A stretch of DNA of 64,000 nt. It comes from Planctomycetota bacterium (GTDB lineage: Bacteria; Planctomycetota; Brocadiia; JAADGH01). The notes beneath the pieces were generated by a model. That model saw only the letters and a program-made list of their open reading frames with translations, was not told the DNA's origin and did no database searches. Each line of letters begins with the position of its first letter. Positions within the stretch are counted from its first letter, which is position 1. Position numbers and translations under genes: made by a program. Of this stretch, positions 28,660 through 38,500 are shown piece after piece. The stretch spans positions 160,001 to 224,000 of the forward strand of contig JBFMAD010000005.1 in the NCBI GenBank assembly GCA_040755855.1, given 5' to 3'.

Positions 28660-28713
28660 CCCCAGGCTGTCCGCATGGGGCTGCTATTGGGTCCGAACAG
28701 GGTCTACCAATCC

Positions 28714-29817
28714 ATGCAGTACCGTCCCTTGGGAAATACCGGCATTGATGTCTCCTGCATCTCCTTCGGGGCCATTAAACTCCCAAAGGTAACCTCGGAG
28801 GAGTCCGCCCGCGCCCTGAACCGCGCCCTCGACCTCGGCGTGAACTTCGTTGACACGGCGCGAAACTACCGCGACAGCGAGGAAAAGATCGGCGCCGCCA
28901 TCGGCCATCGTCGTGACGAGTTCTATCTCGCCACCAAGACCACAGGCCGCGACGCCAAATCGGCCCTCGCAGACCTCGAAACCAGCCTCCGCGATCTGAA
29001 GACCGAGAAGATTGACCTCTATCAACTTCATTCCGTCAGCGACCCCGAAACGTGGGAGCAGGTGATGGCCAAAGGCGGCGCGCTGGAAGCCGTGAAAAAG
29101 GCAAAGGACCAGGGCAAGGTTGATCACATCGGCGTCACCTGCCACCGTGACCTGTCCACGATGCGCAAGGCCATCGAGTCGGGTCAGTTCGAAACCATCA
29201 TGATGGCCTACAGCCCCATTGACTCGGAGAACGTCGCCCCTGAGATACTCCCGCTTGCCAGATCGCGCGGCATGGGGGTCATCGTTATGAAGGGACTCTC
29301 CGGCGGCCAACTCTCGAGGCCCGTCCCGGAGGGCCGGAAACGGGCGGAACCGGATGACATTGTTCGGGGCGCGTTGCGTTGCATCCTGTCCAATGGCGCC
29401 GTCTCCTGCGTGATTCCCGGCATGACATCTGTCCACGAGGTCGAGGAAAACGCCGCTACCGCCGCGATGCCCCCAATGACCGATGAGGAAAAGGCGAAGC
29501 TTCTGAAGGAAATCGGCGGTCTCGGCAAATCATTTCGCTATGGTCAGGTCTGTCTCCGGTGCGGCTACTGCCAGCCGTGCCCGCAGGAGATTGATATTAC
29601 TGCGGCGTTTCGCGCCTATGACATGGCCCGCGACTATCCCAGCAATGTCAAACATCTCGGCCGGGAGCACTACGACGCCCTCGATCCCAAGCCCGATGTA
29701 TGCAAGGAATGTGGGCAGTGCGCGGAGAAGTGTCCTGCCGGAATAGACATTCCCGCGAAGATCAAAGAGGTCCGGGAGTTCTTCGGCGGATGGTCTGGGA
29801 GTTGCGCAACGTCTTAG
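28714..29817 (+). CDS. Aldo/keto reductase with a C-terminal 4Fe-4S dicluster domain
   Basis: MQYRPLGNTG start, FVDTARNY, LATKT, DLYQLH; CLRCGYCQPCP and CKECGQCAEKCP. Confidence 0.9.
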   Translation: MQYRPLGNTGIDVSCISFGAIKLPKVTSEESARALNRALDLGVNFVDTARNYRDSEEKIGAAIGHRRDEFYLATKTTGRDAKSALADLETSLRDLKTEKIDLYQLHSVSDPETWEQVMAKGGALEAVKKAKDQGKVDHIGVTCHRDLSTMRKAIESGQFETIMMAYSPIDSENVAPEILPLARSRGMGVIVMKGLSGGQLSRPVPEGRKRAEPDDIVRGALRCILSNGAVSCVIPGMTSVHEVEENAATAAMPPMTDEEKAKLLKEIGGLGKSFRYGQVCLRCGYCQPCPQEIDITAAFRAYDMARDYPSNVKHLGREHYDALDPKPDVCKECGQCAEKCPAGIDIPAKIKEVREFFGGWSGSCATS

Positions 29818-30155
29818 ACGTCACCACCGCCGCCTTCAGGAATAAATTCGGCTTCGATCTCCAGGTCATCGCCCCCAGTGGCAAACACAATCCCGCCATC
29901 AGCCTCTCGGAGTGTTCCCTGTCCAAGGGTGACGTCCTTCTTTTGCTTCACATCGTGAATGGAGAATCCGCCGCCCTGCGAAGACAGAGGGATGTCCTTG
30001 CCCGCGAGGAGCAGCTTCACGGGGCGGGCTGCATTGGAGTCCAATTGGATTAGCGCGCCGCCTGCGTCCGCAGCGAGCACACATACAGAAGCACACAGGG
30101 CAAATGCCATCAGCACGTGCGGCGGAGGACGTCTCGTGTTGTGCGTCTGTCGCAA
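29814..30155 (-). CDS. Short exported hypothetical protein, possibly a truncated gene
   Basis: TTG start with GAGGAG SD, signal-peptide-like N-terminus, beta-rich segment, then a stop overlapping the convergent AKR stop. Confidence 0.55.
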   Translation of the reverse strand: MRQTHNTRRPPPHVLMAFALCASVCVLAADAGGALIQLDSNAARPVKLLLAGKDIPLSSQGGGFSIHDVKQKKDVTLGQGTLREADGGIVFATGGDDLEIEAEFIPEGGGGDV

Positions 30156-30170
30156 GTTCTTCTCCTCAGG

Positions 30171-33100
30171 CTAAAATGGCTTGCGAATGATCTCCGATTG
30201 GATGACGTCGGGCAGACTTACCGCCGCGAAGTTCAGGTAGCACCATTCACCCCACGACAGTTTGTGTTTCGGCAGGATGCGCGGAATTCCCGCCAGGGCC
30301 TCCGGCGAACAGACATTAAACGTCGCCCGCATGAGCGCCGCCAGGACCGCCGGGTCCTTCTCGATGCAGTCATAGTAGTAGGCGAGTCCGTCAATCCCCT
30401 GCACGATTCGTCCCTCGCCCGTCCTCCACCACGGATTGTCGGGCTTGATGACGTATGGGATAAATTTCGTGCGGAGGAAATCTTCCGTGTCTTTCTTGAT
30501 CGTTCCGCCGGTAAGGAACTTGTTGGCCCAGACGGCGCTTTCCACGAAGGCGCCTCCACTGGTGGATTTGCACCGCTCCATCCACCAATAGCAATCTTTG
30601 ACAGCGGCCTCGTTGGCCTTGGGGTCCTTCGTGATCTGGGCATACATAATGGCGCAGGCCAATGTGCAGCCGATGGTATAGATGTTGTTCTCCGGCGAAT
30701 AGATTCGCGTCAGTTTGTCCAGCTTCTTGATCGGCCGGGCGCCATAGTCGTGCCAGCACCAGCCGACGCCGATGCCGCCGCCCTCGCACCGGAACGACTC
30801 GCGGTAGGCCATGTATTTTCCGAGAGAATTGAGGAATCGAGGCCTGTCGTTTTCGCTCACGTACTGAATCAGTCGGGCAATCCCGCACGCGATCTCGCCG
30901 CCGTCGGCAACGTAGCAATCATTACCATCAGGATGGTAGCCATAGCCCATGAGGTATCCGCCGTCCTCGCGCTGCTCGGCGATGATGGCATTGCCCCATC
31001 GGATGGCCGCGTCGAGGTACTTCCTCTTGCCGGTCAGGTCGTAAGACGCAAGAAGGCCCCGCGTCCCGCGGTTGTCCACGAAGGCAAAGCCGTGGAACTT
31101 ACCGTCGCCGCGTTCCTTCTGCCGCGCAACGAGCCGGTCACAGAGGCCCAAGAGAGTGCTGCGAACATCGAGCGATGTTTCGATCCGGTCAAGGATCGCG
31201 CCATCGCGCGAGATGTCGCACTGCACGCGAAAGTCTTTCCAGTCGAACCGGTCGGCGTCGGCCTCTAAGGTGAGCGCCTCCTCTGTTGCGCCCGGGCCGA
31301 TAGGGAGCAAGCGACTGGCGTCAGCGACTACGGTTTCTTTACTTCCGGTCACAAGGCGCGAGTGCAATTCGAGTTGTGACTCGGCGCTTATGCGATTTGT
31401 GACCGCCGTAAATACCTGCATCGTTGCTTTCCCGTTCACGACTTGGAATCGCGGGACGGCGGCCGTGAAGAACGCGCCGTTCAACATGCGATCCACAATC
31501 TGAACAAACGCCTTGCCCATCGCCGCATCGTCGGGTGGAAACAAGTCGCGATTGTCCACGCCGAAGCAGGCCCAGAGCGTGTCACGATATCTGCCGCCGA
31601 TGTTCACAAACAACGACGCCGCCGGCCGGCCGTCGGGTGTGAGGAGGAGCGGGATACTCCGCGCCAGCTTCTCCGTCGGCAGGAATTCGCGGGAGGGTGA
31701 CGGCTTCCGGCTCTGGATGAAATGCAGATTATCTTCCAACGTCGCGGTTGTCCAACCGGACAGCTTTCCGTGAATCCGCACATCGTCGGGAAACACGGAT
31801 TGGCCCGGCGGGGAACGAAGTTCGCTCACGTTTTGAAAGGCTTGTGGCCCAAAGAAGAGCGGCACGTCCCCGGATGCGCCGCCGGCGCGGATGCCCGAAC
31901 CGAATGCCTTGTGGATGGCGGGCGAAGTCCCAATCAGGATGGCGGTCTGCGCCATGTTCTGGGGGAGGATATCGCTTCCACGCCATTCGAGTTGGGAGAC
32001 CTCGAAGGCGTGCTTTCCTTTCCCAACAAGACCCACAGGAAAACCGAAGATCAGCCTGTTGATCCGGTCGGCGTGCAGAAAGTCGCCCTTTCCGCCGCGG
32101 CCCTCGGTGGCGTAGGAGAGGAACTCGCCGGTGGATAGTTCATACTCCTTCCACTCCGTTGACAGGTTCACCACCGCTTTCCATCGGGACTTGTCCGTCT
32201 CGTTCGCCTCGATGCAAAGGTGCTTCGTCTCCTCATCCCCTCGCGCGCAGAAGCGGATGACGGTGTAGCCCGGAAGGCCGGTCACTTGGAATGGAACATA
32301 CTTGTATGTCTGAAGGTCCGGAAGGACAACGCGCAGCGCTGTTTGGCCCGTATGATCCTTTGCCAGCGAGATTTGCGCAGGCTCGCCGCCTTTGCCCGCC
32401 TCGTCCGCAAGGGCTTGCACAACGTCCGTGGACAATTGTGCCACCGGCTTCGGGGGGGCGGCGTTGGACTTCCGCGATGAGGCCGTGATCCATCCACTCG
32501 GCGTTTTGAAAATTGGGTCTGTGAAGCACCGGCCGCCGAGCGTGATCATATCTCCGCCGGTGGAAATAAACCGCCGGAGAGTGGAGGCGCCGGCGGCGGG
32601 ATAGCAGCCGCCGTAGGGCAGAATGAGGAGATCGAAATTGTCGTTCGCAAGGAGGTTTCGCGCGATCAGGTCTTCCGTCGTAAGGAAATTAACCCCAAAT
32701 CCTGCCTCCGCGAGCAGAGAAGCGAGATAGGCGGGGTCCGACGCGAAGCCGACCGCCGGGACTTTGTCTCGCCAGATCGCGACAGCGCCCCTGGGCGTCC
32801 GGTTTATCGTTCGTGCGGTCATCGCAGGGGCCTCTTGAATGGGACCGAAGAAGACATCGTCAACAAGCGCCTTGCCGGACGAATTTCCTTCCTTGCTCCA
32901 GAAGGAGAACCGGATGACGATGTGGTCGAGGTTTCTCGGGAAGGGCGTGTCGGTGTCGGGTCCGATGCGCGCCTCGATCTTTTGCCAGCTGGTTTTTGGC
33001 GAGGCGGCGGAGAGCTCCCTGAAACTTCTCATGGAAATGTACTTCCCATCGGCATCGAAGAAGTAGAGCCTCAATCCGAAGTTGCCGTTGGACACGCCGA

Positions 33101-33407
33101 GATTCGAGACATACGCCGACAGAAGGTGCGGCGCATTCCTGTCGAAATCCGTGTCAGCATAGATCGGGTCGCTGTCTATCCCGACGTTCCTGTTGTCGGC
33201 ATGAAGCAGCAGACATGCCTTGCGCGCATGTGCGCGGGCGGCGTCCTTGATAATCTCGGCCTCTCCTCCATCGCTGATGCCTTTCCAACGGGCGACGCCC
33301 TGTTCGAAGCCAGGATTGGGGACAAGATTGCCGCTATGCCGGTCCAAAGACGATCCCAATGCAGGGAACAGGATCAATAGAAGAACTGGGGGCAAACAAC
33401 GTCTCAT
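30171..33407 (-). CDS. Large exported multidomain protein: CBM4/9-like N-terminus, GATase-like segment, second carbohydrate-binding-like module, C-terminal (alpha/alpha)-barrel-like domain
   Basis: Signal peptide; NLVPNPGFEQG; FDLLILPYGG; YDLTGKRKYLDAAIRWG..EQREDGGY helical-toroid repeat; AGAGGAGG SD. Confidence 0.7.
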   Translation of the reverse strand: MRRCLPPVLLLILFPALGSSLDRHSGNLVPNPGFEQGVARWKGISDGGEAEIIKDAARAHARKACLLLHADNRNVGIDSDPIYADTDFDRNAPHLLSAYVSNLGVSNGNFGLRLYFFDADGKYISMRSFRELSAASPKTSWQKIEARIGPDTDTPFPRNLDHIVIRFSFWSKEGNSSGKALVDDVFFGPIQEAPAMTARTINRTPRGAVAIWRDKVPAVGFASDPAYLASLLAEAGFGVNFLTTEDLIARNLLANDNFDLLILPYGGCYPAAGASTLRRFISTGGDMITLGGRCFTDPIFKTPSGWITASSRKSNAAPPKPVAQLSTDVVQALADEAGKGGEPAQISLAKDHTGQTALRVVLPDLQTYKYVPFQVTGLPGYTVIRFCARGDEETKHLCIEANETDKSRWKAVVNLSTEWKEYELSTGEFLSYATEGRGGKGDFLHADRINRLIFGFPVGLVGKGKHAFEVSQLEWRGSDILPQNMAQTAILIGTSPAIHKAFGSGIRAGGASGDVPLFFGPQAFQNVSELRSPPGQSVFPDDVRIHGKLSGWTTATLEDNLHFIQSRKPSPSREFLPTEKLARSIPLLLTPDGRPAASLFVNIGGRYRDTLWACFGVDNRDLFPPDDAAMGKAFVQIVDRMLNGAFFTAAVPRFQVVNGKATMQVFTAVTNRISAESQLELHSRLVTGSKETVVADASRLLPIGPGATEEALTLEADADRFDWKDFRVQCDISRDGAILDRIETSLDVRSTLLGLCDRLVARQKERGDGKFHGFAFVDNRGTRGLLASYDLTGKRKYLDAAIRWGNAIIAEQREDGGYLMGYGYHPDGNDCYVADGGEIACGIARLIQYVSENDRPRFLNSLGKYMAYRESFRCEGGGIGVGWCWHDYGARPIKKLDKLTRIYSPENNIYTIGCTLACAIMYAQITKDPKANEAAVKDCYWWMERCKSTSGGAFVESAVWANKFLTGGTIKKDTEDFLRTKFIPYVIKPDNPWWRTGEGRIVQGIDGLAYYYDCIEKDPAVLAALMRATFNVCSPEALAGIPRILPKHKLSWGEWCYLNFAAVSLPDVIQSEIIRKPF

Positions 33408-33454
33408 CGCATATATCCTCCTCTAAGGACTTTCGGAAGGATGGGGCGCGATGC

Positions 33455-34582
33455 CTACCTCCTGGCGGCCTTATCCGGTTTTGGCGGCGTTGCGCCCGGT
33501 GTTGGCTCGGTCGGGTGTGAGAGGGGAGTGCGGATCGAAGATGCATCCCACACCTTGGCTGTTTTCTTCGGATCCTCATCGGGACGGCTCCACGTCGTGC
33601 TGATCTTGTAGCCTTCGGCGGCCCGCACGGGTTCGGACCCGCCGACCGTCACGAGGAGCTTGTCCTTTGCAGAGAGCGCCATGTCGGCGGCGCCCCCGAC
33701 GTGAGCGCGGATCGTGTGGACGAACTTGCCGGATGCCATGTCCCAGACCTTTACCGTGCCGTCCGTTGCGGCGGTGATCATCTGCTTGCCGTCGGAGAAA
33801 AAAAGGATGCTCGTAATCGGCCAGTTGCTCCGTCCGCCCCACGTATGCTGGCCTAAGTTCTTGACGAACTTGCCGTCCTCCGCCTGATAGATGTAAACGC
33901 GACCATCCTGGTCTCCACAGGCGATCCGCTTGCTGTCGGGGGTGAAGGCCAGGCAGGTAATGGGAAGCACGGGGCCTTTCATGGTGCGGAGCCAGTTGCC
34001 GGAATCGGCTTCCCAGATGCGCACAGCCAAGTCGGCGCCGGCGGAGGCCAGATACCGCCCGTCCGGGCTGAAGCAGAGAGCCATGATGCCGTCGCTGTGG
34101 CGTTCGAGTTTCCGAATCATCTGGCCGGTTCGCACGTCCCAGAGAATGAGCGTCTTATCGGCGCCGCCTGATGCCAATCGCGTCCCATCGCGGGAAAAGG
34201 CGACGGCGTTGGTGTCTTTCTGATGTCCTTTCAGGGCGCAGATTTCCCTGCCGTTGCCTACGTACCAGATGTGAATGAGTTGATCCCTCCCGACCGAGGC
34301 CAGGAGTTTGCCGTCGGGGGAGTAGGCAAGATCGAGGACGCCGTTGCTGGCGTGGGACCGCAGTGTTCGCGCCTCCTTGCCGGTTTCGGCGCTCCAGATG
34401 TTGATGAACTTGCCGGAAAGCCTGCCGACGGCGAACTCCGGTTTCACCGGATCGAAGGCGACGCAGGCCGGCTCGGATTCGGCCGTGATCTCAAGTGCCA
34501 GGTCCGCGCCCGGCAGGGGGGGATGGGGCGACATGAGAAGGGCCGCACAAAGGGCGATGGCAAAGTCGCACAGTCGTTTCAA
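33455..34582 (-). CDS. Exported WD40-repeat beta-propeller protein
   Basis: Signal peptide; repeated GH/H...FSPDG..LAS...D..I.WD/WE units. Confidence 0.9.
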   Translation of the reverse strand: MKRLCDFAIALCAALLMSPHPPLPGADLALEITAESEPACVAFDPVKPEFAVGRLSGKFINIWSAETGKEARTLRSHASNGVLDLAYSPDGKLLASVGRDQLIHIWYVGNGREICALKGHQKDTNAVAFSRDGTRLASGGADKTLILWDVRTGQMIRKLERHSDGIMALCFSPDGRYLASAGADLAVRIWEADSGNWLRTMKGPVLPITCLAFTPDSKRIACGDQDGRVYIYQAEDGKFVKNLGQHTWGGRSNWPITSILFFSDGKQMITAATDGTVKVWDMASGKFVHTIRAHVGGAADMALSAKDKLLVTVGGSEPVRAAEGYKISTTWSRPDEDPKKTAKVWDASSIRTPLSHPTEPTPGATPPKPDKAARR

Positions 34583-35529
34583 TATCCCTCCTCCGAAATG
34601 GCGAAGCGGACGGAGTAAACCTTCTGGGCCTTGAGCGTTTCGCTGTTGTAGAAGGGCGTGATGTCCGGGGCGGCCGTTCGTGCGCCGATTTTGTAGTACC
34701 CCTCGGCGAGACGGAATGCGAGCCGAGCGCCGGGTGCGAGAATGATCTCCGCGTCGCTAACCCCCTGGTAACAGATCGTGAGCTGTTCTTCGGAATCATT
34801 CCACATCTGAACCAGGGGATCCCCTCCGCCCGGCGCGGCATCGTGGATGGGGCGGGGTCCGCCCTCCCAGCGGTCGCCGGCGATGCCTCGGATGGTCCGG
34901 CCCACCGCGCTCGTATCCTGCGGCAGTCGCAAAGGCTCGCGGGTAATCCGCTCGCGGAAACGATAGGGCGCGGCGACGACCATCTTGTATTTCGGGGCGG
35001 GCGGGAGGTCTTTAAAGGCCCCCTTATAGAAGCCGGCGACGAGCTTCATGATGACATCCGACGTGAGCTTCTCCGACTTATCCGTGATCTCTTTTGCCTC
35101 CACCTTGACCCCCCAGAGGAGGGTGTCTTTCTCTGTGGCGCGAAGAAATATCTGGCCCGTCACCTTGACTTCAAAGGCGGCCTTTGCGCCGCCGCCTTTC
35201 GATTGACGGGTTATTTCGTAAACGACGCCCAACGTCCCGGCGGGGGGGTGACCGTCCGGGACCTCGGCGAGCAATTCATACCCCTTCCGGCGTATTTCTA
35301 AAATTACGTCGAGGGGAAACATGGCCGATTCGGGAATCGCCAATTCCGCGTTTTCAGCCGATCCCTTGATCTGCACCGTGATGCGCCGGACTCGGAACGA
35401 GGCGAAATCCGGGATCGTCTTGGCCGCGCCGATTACGTCCGCGCACGCCGGGCCGACGGAGAGCATGCATGCGCAGGATAGAACGGCTACGACGATGTTC
35501 GGGTGAAATATGGGGGTTGGGGACCGCAT
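34579..35529 (-). CDS. Exported hypothetical protein
   Basis: Hydrophobic signal-like N-terminus (..GPACA/D); starts right after the upstream stop and overlaps the WD40 gene by 4 nt. Confidence 0.7.
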   Translation of the reverse strand: MRSPTPIFHPNIVVAVLSCACMLSVGPACADVIGAAKTIPDFASFRVRRITVQIKGSAENAELAIPESAMFPLDVILEIRRKGYELLAEVPDGHPPAGTLGVVYEITRQSKGGGAKAAFEVKVTGQIFLRATEKDTLLWGVKVEAKEITDKSEKLTSDVIMKLVAGFYKGAFKDLPPAPKYKMVVAAPYRFRERITREPLRLPQDTSAVGRTIRGIAGDRWEGGPRPIHDAAPGGGDPLVQMWNDSEEQLTICYQGVSDAEIILAPGARLAFRLAEGYYKIGARTAAPDITPFYNSETLKAQKVYSVRFAISEEGY

Positions 35530-35530
35530 G

Positions 35531-38500
35531 TCAGCCGCCGCCCCCCTTAGCAGGCTTAGTCTTGTTTATGTCTTCGTCCTTGATCATTTTGCGCATATTT
35601 TCAAGCCACTGTGTTTCAAAGGAACCTATGGCGCGATCGAGGAGCGACTGGAGCCTGGAGGCATCCGGCGCGCTTTTTCGGGCCTCCTCGTCGTACTCGG
35701 CGACGAGTTTGGACGACCCAAAGGCGCGGAGCATCGCCTCGGCGTCGGCCTGCTCCTGCTTGAGAAGATCGAAGAACACGATGAATTTTTTCGGTTCTTT
35801 CTGGACCATGAACGTCACGGCACTCCAGGTCAGGGCGCGTTGCTCGTCGTCCAAGTCCGTGGCGGCGAGGATTTTCTTGAAAAATTCGCCCGGCTTGTGG
35901 CTGGCTTGCTCGGCGTTTTGCTTATCCCACTTTGCTATAGCGTCAAGGGCCTGTTGTCTGCGCGTCTGCCATGTCTTTGCGTCGGGGAATTCGGCGTACT
36001 CGAAGTGCTGGACAAGTCCCTGAAGAATCCACGGCTTCATGGGTGCGCCGCTCTTGCACGACCATAGGAAGGCATGAATGATGTTCGAGACCACGGTGGA
36101 CTTGAAGCGTTCCGCCGCCTGCTCCTGCAAGCGAGCGCACTCGTTCTTCCACTGATCGGTCGTTTTGCCGGTCTTGTCGGGAATTTCGATGTGAGGGAAG
36201 GCCGCAACGATGCATGTCCATCCGTCTTGTCGAAAGACGTAGCCCATTGTGCGGTCGGCGCGCGCCATATTGTGAATGTCGAGGCTGAAGAGCACGTACT
36301 CGCGTTGGTCCGCAAAGAGATGTATTACGCACTTGCCGCGCCAGATGGGGACTTCGGACGGAACGCCCATCACCTTGCACATCCGCTCATACAGCGACTC
36401 GATATAACGTACTTTCTCGCGGGTTTCTTCCGGCGTGAACGTCGAGTGAATGATGAAATGCTTGCTCTCTCTCGTAAATAGGTCCTTCTTGCGGGCGAGG
36501 CTGTGGGTGGCTTTATCGGATAGCGCCTTCAACTTCTCCACCGCCTCATCGAGGGCCTCCTGCGCGGCAGGTTCCTTTTCGGGGGTTCCCGCCTGGGTGA
36601 GGGTCTGCTGGGCCGACATGGCGCAGCGGAATCCGATGCGTATATCCGCATCGGTGGGCAGACGGCTCTCACGGTCCGCGCAGCGAAGGCTGTTGATCGC
36701 TCCCTCGCCGATGCCGTCCCATGCGCCCCCGCGGACGACGCGCATCTCGCCCGCGTTGGGGCCTTGCGGGTCGAGCTCGGGGGCCTTTTCATAGTACTCC
36801 TCATTAAACCAATCGGACACCCACTCGGCCGCATTGCCCGCCATATCGCTGCAGCCGAAGGGGCTGTTGCCTTTTTCCATCGAAGCCACCGGCGCGGTCG
36901 CCCCACCTTGGGCGATCAGCTTCTTGCCCTCGTCGGAGCCGCTGAATTTCTCATACCACTCATAGCGGTCTTTCAACGATGCGATGGGCGTCCCTGCGGC
37001 TCGCTCGGCGCATTGAGCGCGACTCGGATCGAAGTCGTCGCCCCACGGATACCGCCGCCCGGCGGTGCCTCGAGCCGCCTTCTCCCACTCAGCCTCCGTC
37101 GGCAATCGTTTCCTCGCCCATTTGGCGTAAACGACGGCGTCGGCGTAGGTTACGCCCGTCACAGGATGCCGCTCCCGCCCCTCCGCATACGCGCCATTCT
37201 GCCAGTGTGCCGGAGCTTCATGCTTGGTTTCGTCCAGGAACTTCTTATACTCTTCGTTGGTCACTTCATGGGCATCAATGAAGTAGGCGCTCAGGTGGAC
37301 GCGGTGGGAGGGGGCCTCGTTTTGCGCCCCTTCCTCTGCATCGCCGCCCATCGTGAAAGGACCCTCCGGGACATAGACCATCCCCTCCGGGGCCTCGACA
37401 ACCGGCGGCAAGGCATCCTCCATCTCTGGGGCGGATGGCTCCTGGATACCGAGGGCGTTCTCGAACTTGTTCAGAGGGTATTCCACTTCCTCCACGGGCG
37501 CATCCATGGCGCAGCGGAACCCCACGTCGGGCCGTTTTTCGAAGGGCAGAAGACCCTCCCGGTCGGGCGTCCGAATGCTCTCTACCCCGCCCGTGGAGAT
37601 GCTTTGCCACGACCCGCCTCTCACCACACGAAGCTCGCCCTTTGCCGGCCCTGGGGGATTGAGGGCGGGCGCTGTGGCGTAGTACTTTTCGTCATAGAAG
37701 TCGGTTGTCCATTCGCGGACATTGCCCGCCATGTTGCAAATCCCATACGGACTGGCACCGGACCGATAGGTGCTAACTTGGACAGTAGCGCCGCCGTCGC
37801 GCAGCGTCAACTCATTCTTTTTAAGTTTCTGCCATTCGGCGAACCATGCGGTGAAGGCGTTCCGGTCCTTGAATGTCTGGCCGGATACCTGTTCCGCGCC
37901 CTGGCACTTCCCGGAACGATACGTGTTGCCCCAGGGATAGGCTCTACCGTCGTCGCCTCGTGCAGCCTTTTCCCACTCGGCCTCCGTCGGCAGACGCTTG
38001 CCGGCCCATGCGGCGTATGCGTTGGCGTCTTCCCATGAGACCATAACAACGGGATGTTGCGACTTGCCGTCCGGGAAGGTTCCGTTCAGCCAGTAGGGGG
38101 GCGGGGCATGTTTCGCCGCGTCCACAAACTTCTTGTAGTCCTCGTTCTTAACCTCATACATGTCAATGAAATACGCATCGAGGAAGACGCGGCGCATCGG
38201 GCGCTCGTCGGGGGGGCCGCTGCTGCTCCCCATGAGAAACTCTCCGGCTTGAATATGGACCATGCCCGACGGGGGATTGGATCGGGTGGGTCCCTTGCGG
38301 GTTTGAGCCTCGTGCTCCGACTTCCGGACGGCGAGGAGCCGCAGGTAGCGCGAAACCTCCTTGCCTTCGCTCTGCGCCTCTAACAGGCGCTTCTCGGCGG
38401 CCTTCAGGCTGCCGCCATAGAGGAGAAATATGCCGCCGTTGAGGTTGCCAAGGGCGGTATCCTTCTTTTCGCCTTGCTTGGCGATCAGCAAGATATCGTC

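Noticed and set aside
36615..38270. Possible diversity-generating retroelement (FGE-type CLec domains are known DGR targets)
   Set aside because: No reverse transcriptase or near-identical TR/VR pair in the window; the two domains differ throughout, not just at adenines.
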